Shown: positions 1 to 12,546, numbered from the stretch's first letter. The stretch: DNA of 64,000 bases from Octopus bimaculoides (GCF_001194135.2 NC_069003.1:19862322-19926321); one strand, 5' to 3'. A program made the numbers and translations. The notes: a model not told the origin generated them from the letters alone.

Positions 1-348
1 TTTTATATTGATTTTTTTTTTATGCCAGCATGGATGAGATGAATACATTTTACCCAGGTACTGTTTTTATAGATGGAAACCTTTTCTGTTGTTAACCATT
101 CATTGTGTTGACAGTACAGTGCTAACAGATGGTTTGTTGATAGGGAATGTGACAAGAAACTTAATTAGAAGTTCAAGGTTTTTTTTCATGCTAAGCACAT
201 AGAATATAAATATTCAGACACATACATACACATATATACATACACAAATGTATACATACACTAACACGTAATATATATATATATATATTTATTCAGCAGA
301 GACGAATCTTTTTTCAAAGCTTTTGATGGCATTAAGAATACATACATA

Positions 349-637
349 TCTTTTATTTGTTTCAGCGACCATGCTGGGGCATGACCTTGAAAAGTTTTTA
401 GTAAAATGAATCAACCCCACTACTTACTTTTGTTTATTAAATCTGGTACTTATTCTATCACTCTCTTTTGCTAAACTGCTAAGTTACAATACCAACGCTG
501 GATGTCAAGAAGGGAGGTGGGGACAAATAGACACAGACACACACACACACCACAATAGGTTTCTTTCAGTTTCTGTCTATCAAATTCACTGACAAGGCAT
601 TGGTTGGCCTGACACTACAGTAGAAGACATTTGCCAA
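349..637 (-). mobile_element. tRNA-headed SINE, family B (head missing or degenerate)
   Basis: Shares the body 'tttgtttcag..ccatgctggggca..ttctttcagtttctgtctatcaaattcac..agtagaagacatttgcc' with copies at 3777-4140, 52216-52565 (reverse) and 60325-60690; boundaries approximate. Confidence 0.7.
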
Positions 638-864
638 GGGTGCAAGAAAGGACAGTGAGGAGTGAAAAAAGGGACCAAACTCATTTTAGATGGAAATGGG
701 AAAAGATTCAAGAATTTTAGTCCACCTGGAGGTGTGTACAGGGTTAAAAATAAAACCCTATAATATATTATTGAAGAGATATCCACTTGATCACTGTTGT
801 CATCATCATCATCATCATCATGAAAGTGAAGACATAAATTCTTTACAATATTCTACATGCATAA

Positions 865-1050
865 TCTGGCAGAATTGTCAGCATGCCAGGCAAAATGCTT
901 AGCCCTATTTCATCTGTCTTTATGTTCTGAGTTCAAATTCCACTGAGGTCAACTCTATCTTTCATTCTTTCAGGGTTGATAAAATAAGTATCAGTTGAAC
1001 ACCAGGGTTGATGTAATCGACTTACCCAACTCTCCAAAATTGCTGGAGTG
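865..1050 (+). mobile_element. SINE family A (tRNA-like head with GAGTTCAAATTC B-box-like motif)
   Basis: 'ggcagaattgtcagcatgccaggcaaaatgcttagc..ctgagttcaaattcc..tttcagggttgataaaataagtatcagttg' recurs at 9950, 11000, 15034, 18900, 32810, 34100 and 51520. Confidence 0.7.
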
Positions 1051-1952
1051 GCTGGCATTAGAAAGGACATTCAGCCTTAGAAACCAAGCTAAAAACAGAC
1101 TGAAACTTGGTGCAGCTCTCTGGCATATCATTTCCAGGCAAACCATCTAATCCATGCCAGCATAGAAAACAGATGCTAGATGATGATGATGATGATGATG
1201 ATGTTGAATATTCTACATGCAAGTTTTATTTCTAATGCTATATGCTATCATCACCAAAAATTGATTTACAAAGATTAAAATTTTCTAAGCCTAATTATAG
1301 ATGAAGGTTAACATTTAACTCTTTCACTTTAGGAAGACCTGGAGCAGTATCACTTAATGCTTATCAGAAGAAACCTTTCTAAGATGATTACAGCTAGAGT
1401 AGAGAGAAGTTCACCACATCTGTATAAGAACTGAAAATATAAAAAGCCAGAACTAAATGTGGCTAAGTATTTTAGTCAAATATTCTAATGATTCTGTCAA
1501 TATACAACTTGGACTACTAATTTATTTTATTGATCCTGGAAGAACGGAAGGGAAATTTGATCTTGGCAAGATTTGAACTTAAAACATAATAAGCCAGAAC
1601 AAACACCACAAAGCATTGTTTAATGCTCTCATGATTCTGCCAATATACCACCTAGATTATTATTTCATTTTCTTGACCCCTGGATGTTAAACTAATTTGG
1701 CAGGATTTGAACTTAAAACATAGAGCCAAGACAAATATCATAAACCATTTTTGTCTGATACTAATAATTCTGACAATCCACCATTATTTAAATTCATGAC
1801 AAAATAAAGATATAATCAATTCAAAACTTTTACTACAAGATGGGCTTCCTAAAGAGAAGCCCATCTTGGGTGGGTTCGTTTATTTCTATAAATTAAGAAT
1901 GGACTTTGTTATGGTACGTATAAACATTTACAGATTATATTCAGGTTAGTTT

Positions 1953-1993
<41 letters not shown>

Positions 1994-3776
1994 CCATTGA
2001 TATTCTTGTGGAACTTACATAAACCCACCCACTCTCCACCCCCATTACTCTATCAGGTATGGCAGGTTGCCACTTCTGACAATTCACAAAAGAGAAAGAA
2101 ATATAGACTGAATGATAACATAATAAAGTGTAGCGTTTTGTTACTTAGTAAATAAACCACACTGAAGAAGAGTTTGTTAACCAAGCCAAAATCATACATG
2201 GAAGCACAAACCTTGTAAAATAATGTTAGTGGATAAGAGAGAGAGAAGAGAAGAACTGAGGATGGGTTTAGCAGTAAACCATAATCATAATGATATTGGT
2301 AAAAAGTATAAAGACTAAAAAAAAAAAAGAAGAAAATAAAATAAACAAACAAGCCAAGCTTGGCATGCAAGGAAATGAAAATAAGATTAGTCACAGATTT
2401 ATAGTCACTGAGCATGAATAGGATAAGGTATCTAAAGCCAAGCTCGGCAGTTTTAAAGATTAAAGGAGAATCTGTTAAAGAAAAATACAATGTAGAGAGG
2501 GGCAATAAAATATTACAAAAATGGTAATGGCAATAATTTCTAGTAAAAGTAGACTTTTTTAAATGTGTAACATTTTTTTAGGTTTATTTTTTGTGCATTT
2601 TTTTTTTTATTATATGCTTCTCAAATTCTTATAATAATAAATGATATAGAAATTGCTATCCAGAAAATTTTATTTCAAATTTTAGTTTTCTGTTAATTTG
2701 TTTGATTTTTTTCCTTACTTTTTTCAACAAACAACTAAAGAATTTTATTTCATTCAAGGAAACTATATAAACTCTTGTGATATGCAAGAGGAATTGACTG
2801 TGTCTTAGGATTATTACAGAACAATTGAAGAAAGAAGTGAGGGGACAGAGTGGAGGATAGAAAATGATCATAATCCAAAAGCTTTCAGCTTAACACACCT
2901 GCATCAGATAACAGTGGTGGTGGAGAAGGTGGTACGATGATGATGTTGAAGACAATAACAACAACAATAAGACAACAAAGACGTGTGCAAGAGTATTGTT
3001 TTGATTAGCAATTTAATGAGTATTGATCACAAATAGCTTTGGTGTTGGGAAGGGGTCTGCAACCATGAAAACTACTTTCTTCTAACAAGGATCCCCTAAG
3101 TGGTTGCTCAACATGCTAGAAATAGCAGCTATATTCTACTCAAACCACATCCTACCATCTTAAAAAGCAAAAAAGGCTGGATGGTTATGGCACTTATCTA
3201 ATATGTACTCAGTCAGGACTGACCAGGGGACCTGGAATTATAATAACAAGACCAACTTTGTTTTGATCATATTCAGCAATTAAACTAAAACAATGGAGCT
3301 TGAACTCTGATTAGTTAGTAGTGCCATGATTGGTGAAGTGACAGATTTGATAAAAGTACTAACAATTCAAACGCAAAATATAAAAGAGTCAATATGAATA
3401 AATATGACTGTTAAGCCTTTAAGTAACAGTCCATGCTCAATTCCAGAATTGGTCATGTTAATCAAATAAGAAAAAAAAATAATAATCATGACAGAACACT
3501 ATACTATAGCAGTTTACACTTCTAAATGGAAGAATGCTCATTCTCAACAGTCTCTATATGGTCGTTAGACCGGCCAGAAATAGTAGCTAAATCTTTATTA
3601 AATTGCATCTTACTAACCAAGAAAAGGATCATAAGTTTTAGATCAAGTATCAGTAATCAGGTGGGATATAGCCCAGAACTGGGCTGCTGCTGTTTACCGT
3701 GAAGGCCTTAGACCTTCTTAATGCATCTGTGGACATTGAGCAGTTGATGGCTTTTAGATAGTCTTTTGCATCTTGT

Positions 3777-4140
3777 TATCTTTTATCTTTTGCTTGTTTC
3801 AGTCAGTTTGACTGCACCCATGCTGGGGCACTGTCCCGGAAGGTTTTAGTTGAACAAATCAACCCCAGGACTTATCTTTTTAAGCCTGATTCTCATTCTA
3901 TCAGTCTCTTTTGTCAAGTCACTAAGTTATGGGGATGTAAACACACCAACACTGGTTGTCAACCAGTGGTGGGAGATAAACACAGATTAAAAACACACAT
4001 ACACACATAGATATATACATATACAATAGGCTTCTTTCAGTTTCTGTCAACCAAATTCACTCGACCAAGGTGCCACATAGTGAGATTGAACCTGGAACCA
4101 TGTGGTTGGGAGGCAAGCTTCTTACCACACAGCCATGTCT
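3777..4140 (-). mobile_element. Full-length tRNA-headed SINE, family B (head plus 3' module 1)
   Basis: Minus strand begins 'gacatggctgtgtggtaagaagcttgcctcccaaccacatggttccaggttcaatctc' (A-box and B-box-like motifs), then a central (TA/TG) tract and the module-1 body. Confidence 0.8.
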
Positions 4141-4958
4141 ACGTCTTATGGTTTCTTTTTTTTTGAATTTTTGTTTACATAAGTATAGCCAGTGATGGAA
4201 ATAGGAGGGGACACATGGGATATTTTTTTTATATGTCTGATATGATATAATATAAATGTGGGCCATTGACAAAATTTCTTGAGTCTGAGAAAGATGGTTC
4301 TGCAATTTCTTGCTGAACAACCTGCACAGATGATTTGTTTACAGTGATCAACTCTATGTGCTGTACATTAGCTCACTCCCTCCATCATATTGACATTACT
4401 TGTACAAGTACACAGTGTGCTACACATCACATGTCAAAGTTATTGCAGAGCAAGTGAGATGAAGTGTTTTGTTCAAGACCACATGCCCTCACTAAATAGG
4501 AAATGAAAAAAAAAAAAAACTAGAATTTTCACACCTGAAACATCTCTGATCAAAGGTCAGCTTCATCAATGATGATTTGGAGCTGAACAACAACCACCAT
4601 CAGATTACTGCAGGCAACATTTAACTGAAAGAGTACTTATTCCTAACAGTTAATGAAATAGAAGCACATAGTATGAAGTACTCATTCTTCTCAGAGACAA
4701 TGAATTCTTTAGGGAATTTAAAGTTGGTAAACGAACACTTCAGCAACTCAGCCTTTCTATCTCCATAAGCTAATGAAGGCAAATTTTAAATTTAGAACAG
4801 TGAATCAATACATAATTATGATAATTGTGTTGGCTATAGTAATAAAGAAAATGTGTACACAGTATGATTCTGCAAGTTAATTAGTAGCACTCTGGAAACT
4901 AAAATGAAGTCATAACTTTGGAAAATATTTTCTATTCACCTACAGTCCCAGCATAGAA

Positions 4959-4989
<31 letters not shown>

Positions 4990-5936
4990 CACACACAATG
5001 TTAATCTTAAATAAAATTGCAAAATTCTGAAATTTCAATACATTCTTACAGAAAGTAATATTTCAAATTATAATTATTTCAGAAACTAAAATATGAAAAA
5101 CAAAAAAAAAAGAATATTTGAAAAATTCACTTAAAATTTTTTCTAGTTCTTTCATTTTACTCAAAGAAAGATTTTAAATGCTATTTTTCTTTAAATTTGT
5201 TTCACAAACCTTTCCAATTTATAATTTTTTTAAAAAATCTCATTCCATAAGGGATCTAAGTTAAAAATGTTTTTTCTACTTTCCATTTATTGACACATTA
5301 AAAAAGGAAAAAAAAAAATCAAGAAAAAAATAATTTCTAACAAAAAGAATAATGGTAACATATGGTATAAAATATTTAACAAAATTGGTCTTTCTTCAAA
5401 ATTATATCTGAACAGAACTATATATAACATGATAAATTCTATAAAATATATTACTCAGCAGCAATATTATCAAGTTTAAAAGAAAAAGACAATATTTACT
5501 GTGATGTCATAGATGAAAAAGTCTCTAAATTCAATTAGTCTTTTCTAATCTTCATTTAGTTCCCATATATCATTCAGAACTGCACAAGTTGGTGTCTCCT
5601 GCATTATTTATTTACTAGTTTTATAATTTCCACAACCATAATCTAAATTATCATGTCACTCATCTCAAGTTCAGCAGTTACTTCACACTGAAGACATCTT
5701 TCTAAATGGAAAACCCACCTACCTATCTCTTAAACCATAAGCGAGTTAAACTAATAAGACAGAGAGTCTCTAGTGGTCTTTCAAATAGCTAGAATTAGCA
5801 GCTGAGTCACCCTCAAACTGAACCCTACCATCTTAAACAAATCAGAAGGCTATTTTAGACAAGATAGTCTTAGATATACAAAAAAGACAGTCACAAGTGA
5901 AATGGATTTTGATCGTAGATTCATTAGTAGAATAAG

Positions 5937-6263
5937 CAGTGGTTTTCAACCAGGGTCTATATGACCTCAAGGGGTCCATATAAAATGGAGGGGGAGGTGT
6001 CCATGCAAGCAATATAGTATATTGGGGATTCACAGTAGTATATTAAAGGTCCATGAAAAAGTTTTGAATTAAATTTATTGCAAGAAAAAGCTAAATTTCT
6101 TTCTCAAATATTTTACATAGTTCAACCCACAAAAGTTAAAAATTGGAATTTTGCAAGTAACTTTTTAAATTTTTTAAAGTTTCAAACATCATATGGCCAC
6201 GGGGATCCACCACAGTAGAATAGTAATCAAAAGGGTCCACAGATGAAAAATTGAGAACCACTG
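5937..6263. mobile_element. hAT (Charlie-like) MITE
   Basis: 13-bp terminal inverted repeats CAGTGGTTTTCAA (5937) and TTGAGAACCACTG (ending 6263), one mismatch; no coding capacity; 8-bp TSD not recognisable. Confidence 0.7.
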
Positions 6264-6986
6264 TTTTAGAGAATCATATAAAAAATAACTTGTGTTTATT
6301 TTTGGCTCTTTATTTTAAGTTGAAATCTTAAGGTCAATTTTGCTTTTGATCCTTCAAAGGAGGAAGGGTTCAATAAAATAAAACACTAGTCAAGAACTAG
6401 GAGTGTCTCCCATGGTTGTTAAAGCTAAAAACTACAGCCAAGAATCTTGAATAAATCTTCTCAATCTTACTTGGTGCTTTAATAGCAATGTCCAACATTC
6501 CAAGAAATATCAGCTTGGAAAATTCCACAAAAATCACGTATTGAATAAGGATTAGTGATGTGTATGTCGTTATGCCCAATGCAAGTTTGAGATAAATTGT
6601 TTAATTGGAGATGACTTTTGATAGTAAGCAAAAACCAGAAAAAAACATATTATAAGCTATAACATAGCAGCTGAATACCCCAATCAGAACAGAAATAGCT
6701 CTACGATGGCTACTAAACTATGTGTTCAGACTTCTTTTTTTAATAACTAAATCAGGTGTAGCTGTCTTATAAGAAGTTTGCTTCTCAACCGCATGATTCC
6801 AGGTTCAGTTTCACTGACTGGTTCCTTGGGAAAGTGTCTTCTATTGTAGCCTTAAGTTAACCAAAGCCTTGTGGTATTGGCTATAGCCTAGTCACCCATA
6901 TAGTTAACCAGGTGATACATGAAGGAGTCATACCCAATGACCAGTGTAGCAGCACCATAGTCAACTGACCAGATAAGCAATCATCA

Positions 6987-7031
6987 GCGGTGTGATGATG
7001 GTTTAGCTGGCCAAAACTCCGAAGTTACTGT
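6987..7031 (+). ncRNA. Decayed type-I minimal hammerhead ribozyme motif in a repeat of about 200 bp (approx. 6885-7090)
   Basis: Stem I gcggt/actgt; core gTGATGA (C3 to G); extra T; stem II gg..cc; aAAAC (G12 to A); stem III tccgaa; GTT cleavage triplet. Confidence 0.5.
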
Positions 7032-7604
7032 CAACAACATTCTTGTTTAAGAATAATAAATATGTACTCTATAAAAATATAGAGTAACCGATCAGATTTA
7101 TATTTTTATTCTTTTACTGGTTTCAGCTAGAGGCTGGAGCCATATTATTTTTATTAAAACTGAACATAAAAATAAACATTAATATATATATATATATCAT
7201 CATCATCATCATCATCGTTTAATGTCCACTTTCCATGCTAGCGTGGGTTGGATGATTTCACTGAGGACTGGTGAACCAGATGGCTACACCAGGCTCCAAT
7301 CTACCCATATACATATATATATATACACACACACAGATTCACAAACTTATCCACCCACTCTTCTGTTCCTCTTATTCTCTTTATACCCTTACCATCTCTC
7401 TCTCTCTCTCTCTTTCCAGCTAAGGAAGCCATGAAACACCTCTCCAGCAAGGCACCTGTTCCTGTCACCTTATACTCCAACTCAGTTGAAGGGTCATCTC
7501 TTACAAGTTACTTGATGTCCTCACTTTTGACCATACTACAACTATCCAAAAAATAATAATTAAAAAAAAAGGCCGGACACATTGGACAATGTTTTCAGAC
7601 TAAC

Positions 7605-7684
7605 CACGTCTAGGATTACAAAGACAGAATGGTCATCATTGTAGAGTTTTTGATTAAAAGTCCATCTACTATATAATGATTCAC
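7605..7684 (-). CDS. Candidate exon 6 of an unidentified host gene: (G)ESLYSRWTFNQKLYNDDHSVFVILDV
   Basis: Acceptor gttgtttagccttag|, donor gtg|GTTAGT; 80 nt, phase 1 to 0, open; in frame with 9167-9198. Confidence 0.4.
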
Positions 7685-9166
7685 CTAAGGCTAAACAACA
7701 ACAACAACAATAGCAGTAGTAAAGACCTTCCATTTTCATGCTACACTCACCTAACCATAACGATAGGAACTCACTCTCCCTTTGTAGCCAGCCAGCCAGC
7801 CAGCCAGCCAACCAATCAACTGAACAGCCATAATATTCTGCACCTATCATTAATTGACCACAACCCATTTCCCATTTCATACTGACAACTAGAATTCACT
7901 CTACTTTGTGACCTACTACAGTTTTAAAAGGATAGGATCGATAAATTTACTATGTTTCTGAAAGGTCTGCTTAACGACCGACCTAGGAGTGCAGAATCAT
8001 AACACCACCACCACCATCAACAACAACAACAACGTAAATAACAACAATGGATATCGTTATCTTTTCATCATCTATTGATAAGTAGCAATGTAATCTAGTA
8101 TATTATTTTCTAGAATCAATTTATGGGGGAGGGCAACAAAACACCAGCTTTTGTTGTTGTTGTTGTCAAGCTGGAGCAACTTACTATTACTCTTAAGGTA
8201 TTACAATTCTTTAAAATGAGAAGTTAAGGATACAACAAAATACATTAAAAACATAAACAAAGGAAATGTTTGTTTAAAAAAAATCAATATGAAAACGCTG
8301 AATGTATGTATCCAACTTCTCAAGTTCTATTCTTCTGAAAAAAAAAGATTGTAAATATGTTATTTTATGTCTTTTTTTTCATCTTTCCTTATTTATATAT
8401 TTTTAATGCATGTGTGTGTGTGTCTTACATTTACATTATATATGTGTTTATACATTGTATACTTATCAAGTATATACTAATTCATTATTAACAGCCATTA
8501 TTCTGTTTGCTCCAGTTCACCTTGCAAGCAACAAGTTCTATTCTTATTCAATGTTCCAGTGGTTAACAGCAATAAGGATAACCATCCAAGTTAAAAATGA
8601 TTTTTTAACACAGGCAGCAGATGTCAAACTTTTGTGAGGAAAGGGCAGTGAATTATGTCAACACCGGTTCTTAACTGGCACTTCACTTTACTGACACTGA
8701 GAGTATGAAAGGCAAACTCACATCTGGCTGGATGTGATCTCAACTAAATAAAATCATTTTGTCTGACACTACTAATTTAAGCAACAAATTAACAGAGTTG
8801 TCAGAACATCACATAGAACATCACATGGTATTTCTTCTGACACTTGGTGCTCTGAGTTCAAATCTCACCCAAGTCAACCTTCCATTGCTTTAATTTTGAG
8901 GTCAACAAAAAAGTATCAATTTAAAGTAGAACTATAACAATATCAGACTGGATGCCTTGTAGTACTTGTTATAGTTCTTAACATGGTGAATTCATTCAAA
9001 TCCCACCATGGCCTATCTGGGTAGCAGACAACCCAACACATAGGTTTATCACAAACAGCTGGTACCCTAGGTGCCTTTAGCAGGATCCACCACACTGTTG
9101 CAAGCACTTGGGCCCATTTTCAGTTTGAGGATACCTTCTTCTCTCTATCCCACTCATCTCAGTTAC

Positions 9167-9198
9167 CCTGTGAAGGGACTTGGCCACTGTCTACCCTT
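9167..9198 (-). CDS. Candidate exon 5 (32 nt): RVDSGQVPSQ (alternative frame KGRQWPSPFTG)
   Basis: Strong acceptor ttttgtttcactttttattcag|, donor agg|GTAACT; higher GC than flanks; two frames open. Confidence 0.45.
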
Positions 9199-9253
9199 CT
9201 GAATAAAAAGTGAAACAAAATACTTTGTCAAACTTTTGCCCTTACACCAATCA

Positions 9254-9256
9254 CCA

Positions 9257-9303
<47 letters not shown>

Positions 9304-9330
9304 ATCATCGCCACCGCCGCCACCACCACC

Positions 9331-9364
<34 letters not shown>

Positions 9365-9370
9365 TCATCA
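9254..9370. repeat. Compound microsatellite (CATCGT)n-(CAC/CGC)n-(CAT)n forming a SINE tail
   Basis: Read directly; abuts the 3' end of the minus-strand SINE at 9368-9695. Confidence 0.9.
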
Positions 9371-9695
9371 TTTAGTGTCCATCTTTTCCATGCTTGCATG
9401 AGTTAGACAGAATTTGTCGAGGTAGATTTTCTGTAACAGAATGCCTCTCCGGTCACAAACCCTCACCTATTTCCAAACAAGGTAATATTTCTCTATGGCC
9501 AGACATGTTACCATGGAATTCAGGAAAAGACCAACACCACGTGCATGACAGTGATGCTCAATTACAACCATCACATAATATCAAGACAAGGGTACACACA
9601 AACACACACATTTACCCAAGGTGTCATGCAATGAGACTGAACCCAAGACCATATGGTTGGGAAATGAGCTTCTTAACCACACAGCTACACCTGCA
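9368..9695 (-). mobile_element. SINE: family-B tRNA head plus 3' module 2, (GAT)n tail
   Basis: Head 'gtagctgtgtggttaagaagctcatttcccaaccatatggt', then (TG)n, then 'ccttgtcttgatattatgtgatggttgtaa..gaaaatctacctcgac..catgcaagcatggaaaag'. Confidence 0.75.
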
Positions 9696-9949
9696 CCTAA
9701 TATTGATTTCAAGTTTTGGTACAAGACCAGCAATTTTGGAGGGAAGAGGTAAGTAGGTTACATCAATCCCAGTGTTCAATCCATTAATACTTATTTTATC
9801 AACCTCTGAAAGGATGAAAGGCAAAGTTGACCTCAGCCATCTGAACTCAGAATGTACAGTTGGAAGAAATGCTGCTAAGCAATTTTCTCAGTGTGGTAAC
9901 AATTCTGCTAACTCACTGCTTTGTCTGCACCTGATATTAAAATTAACAA

Positions 9950-10205
9950 GGTGGCAAGCTGGCAGAAACATTAGCACGGAAAGCGGTGAGTTGGCAGAAA
10001 CGTTAGCACACTGGGCGAAATGCTTAGCAATATTTCATCTGTCTTTATGTTCTGAGTTCAAATTCCTCTGAGATCGACTTTGCCTTTCATCCTATCGGGG
10101 TCGATGAATTAAGTACCAGTTGCATACTGGAGTTGATCTAATCGACTAGCCCCCTCCCCCAAAATTTCATGTCTGGTGCGGTGCCTAGAGTAGGAAAGAA
10201 TATTA
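9950..10205 (+). mobile_element. SINE family A with a duplicated 5' end
   Basis: '..ctggcagaaacattagcac' and '..ttggcagaaacgttagcac' in tandem, then the family-A body. Confidence 0.75.
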
Positions 10206-10252
10206 AAATTAACAGAAATAAGACTAACACTCAGGAGCAAAAGTGAGCTAAG

Positions 10253-10380
10253 AGAGACTGTGTAGTAGAGAAGACTGTGTAGTAGAGAAGACTGTGTAGT
10301 AGAGAAGACTGTACAGTAGAGAAGACTGTGTAGTAGAGAAGACTGTGTAGTAGAGAAGACTGTGTAGTAGAGAAGACTGT
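10253..10380. repeat. 17-bp minisatellite (TGTAGTAGAGAAGACTG) x about 7.5
   Basis: Seven full units at 10261-10379; one variant unit (TACAGT..) at 10312-10328; no spacers. Confidence 0.95.
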
Positions 10381-10930
10381 ATACAATGTTAGGAAGGACA
10401 TGTGTTGTGTATGGAAGAGGATTGTTGTATACAGAAGGGTTTAAGGTATTCAAATGGAAGCAGTGTGCAAAAAAGGAAGACCAAAAGAAACGGTAAGGGC
10501 TAATCTGAAGAAGCTAAACCTTCTAAAAGAGATGACAAGGGACTGCAACAAGCAAATTTTTTTTTTGATAAATTAATACAATGTATTGTTATATATATCT
10601 GAAGTAAATTTTCAATTTTTCAAGTTATAAGCTTATTTGAGGAAATAGATATTCTGTTCAATTGCGTCAGTGACACTGGAGATTGAGTAACAAACCCATC
10701 CAACACATACCCACAAAAAGGCTAATAATCAACTGAAGCTTTCTGAGTGAATTTGGTAGGCAGACATATCCATGGTGTGTGTACATGTGTAAGTGCTTGT
10801 GCCTCTTAACAGAGAGGAGGGGGGGGGGGGAAATATACATTGAGACCCAACAATAAGTAAATATCCAAATTTCAAAACCAACATTATCCATGCAAGCAAG
10901 TCTAAATAACTGTTAAGCAGCAAAAACACA

Positions 10931-10933
<3 letters not shown>

Positions 10934-10997
<64 letters not shown>

Positions 10998-11160
10998 GTT
11001 TCAAATTTTGGCACAAGGCCAGCAATTTCAGGGAATGGGCTAAGTTGATTACTTCAACTTCAGTGCTCAACTGGTACTTATTTTCTGGACCCCGAGAGAA
11101 TGGAAGACTAAGTCAACCTCAGAAGAATTTGAACTCAGAATGTAAAGACAGACAAAATGA
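10934..11160 (-). mobile_element. SINE family A with an (ATT)n tail
   Basis: Family-A body on the minus strand ending in the (AAT)n run at about 10934-10995. Confidence 0.75.
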
Positions 11161-11206
11161 TGATGATGATGATGATGATGATGATAAAAATAATAAAGAA
11201 AATGTT

Positions 11207-11259
<53 letters not shown>

Positions 11260-11440
11260 TTAAAAAAAAATCAAATGAAGTTTCAGATCATGACAATTCC
11301 TTGAGGTAATAGTCCTGTTGTAATTTAACAGTTTCTTATATTGCTAATTCCATTTTTAAAAATGCTTTAGTTAAAAACTGTTTTATCTCCTTTTTTCAAT
11401 CTACACATGAATCAGATGATTTTGGAAAACAAAAAATATA

Positions 11441-12317
11441 TTGGGTCATCCCATAAAAAATGTCTTTTTATACTTCTTTTTATTTTTCAAAATTAAAATA
11501 AACAAAGTTCTTTTTTAATCTAAAATATACTCTCCTTCATTTTCTACAATGCTCTTCCATCTATCTGGCAGACTTGCAAGGCCCCTCTTCCAAATTTCAC
11601 TTGTCCATGATGAAAAATACTCCTCCAATACTGTTCTGACCTTGTCTATAGAATTCATTTTGAAGACTGCAGAACAAATGATAATCAGATGGGGTAATGT
11701 CCAGCGAATATCATGGGTGGGGTATCGTTTTCCATTCAAACTGCTCCAGTCTTTGGAATGTCATCCTTGCTGTATGTGGCTGAGCATTATCCTGATGGAA
11801 GAACACCCTTTGTCTTGAAACCAAAGATAGTCGTTTTCTGAAGGCACACAGGTGTCGATGAATGGTTCAATGACCAAATCCAAGCTTCTCTGCTAGTTCC
11901 TCAACAGTTACAATGGGATTTTGTTTCAGCAGGGTTTGCATGACATCCTTGTCAAGTTCTACAGATCTTCCAGGATGAGGCTCATCTTTTAGGCTGTAGT
12001 TTCCAGCTTGGAATTTCTGGATAAATTGACACTGGCTTATACTTATTGTCTGATCCCCATATACTACATTAATATTCTTCGCACTTGTTGCCTTCATTGA
12101 ACTCATAAAGCAAAATATGCTCCTTTGTTACTTTCATTATAGCTTTAAAAAATAACTTAAAATCGAACTGCACTCTTCAAAACTTGCACTAAGATTAAGG
12201 ACAAGTTAAAATTACCACCTGCTTTTATAGCAAGTTGATGCAGATAGTTTGTCCCGGCTCCCTCCAACTTTTAGCTCATGCAATTGAAAAAGCTGCATTA
12301 TTTATGAGATGACCCAA
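11441..12317 (-). mobile_element. Internally deleted mariner (Tc1/mariner) element with both TIRs and a TA target-site duplication
   Basis: TA|TTGGGTCATCCCATAAA ... TTTATGAGATGACCCAA|TA (17-bp TIR, one mismatch). Minus-strand transposase remnants: HTH region (GRSVELDKD, TVEELAEKL), HQDNAQPH, PSDYHLF and the C-terminal LPDRWKSIVENEGEYILD; the first catalytic Asp region is missing. Confidence 0.93.
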
Positions 12318-12338
12318 TATATTAAAAACTATGTGCAT

Positions 12339-12377
<39 letters not shown>

Positions 12378-12546
12378 CAGAGTGTTCAGGTTAAATTTGA
12401 TTGTTATGTCTTTTTTTTTTCAGGAACAGCTTCATGTATTGAAGAGTCAATGGCCATCTTCTAATGACAACAACATTCTGGAGGTATATGCCACTAGATT
12501 TACTTCTTATACTTCAGAGTTTATAAACTGTAGAGTTTATAAAAAA

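Noticed and set aside
2053-2505. 150-aa hydrophobic ORF on the minus strand, with a branch-point-like cactaac and an AG near 2212
   Set aside because: The F/L/I richness follows from A-rich plus-strand composition, including a poly-A run; no recognisable domain. Cannot be excluded as a downstream exon, but unsupported.
4621-4770. Open minus frame AYGDRKAELLKCSFTNFKFPKEF after a possible acceptor
   Set aside because: No convincing donor, and its phase does not follow candidate exon 6; an open frame of this length is expected by chance.
5545-5598. Possible terminal exon ETPTCAVLNDIWELNED*, in phase with exon 6
   Set aside because: The acceptor is purine-rich (aataaataatgcag), so not credible without RNA data.
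10253-10380. Regular direct repeats as a CRISPR array
   Set aside because: Units are head-to-tail with no unique spacers, the context is eukaryotic, and there are no cas genes.
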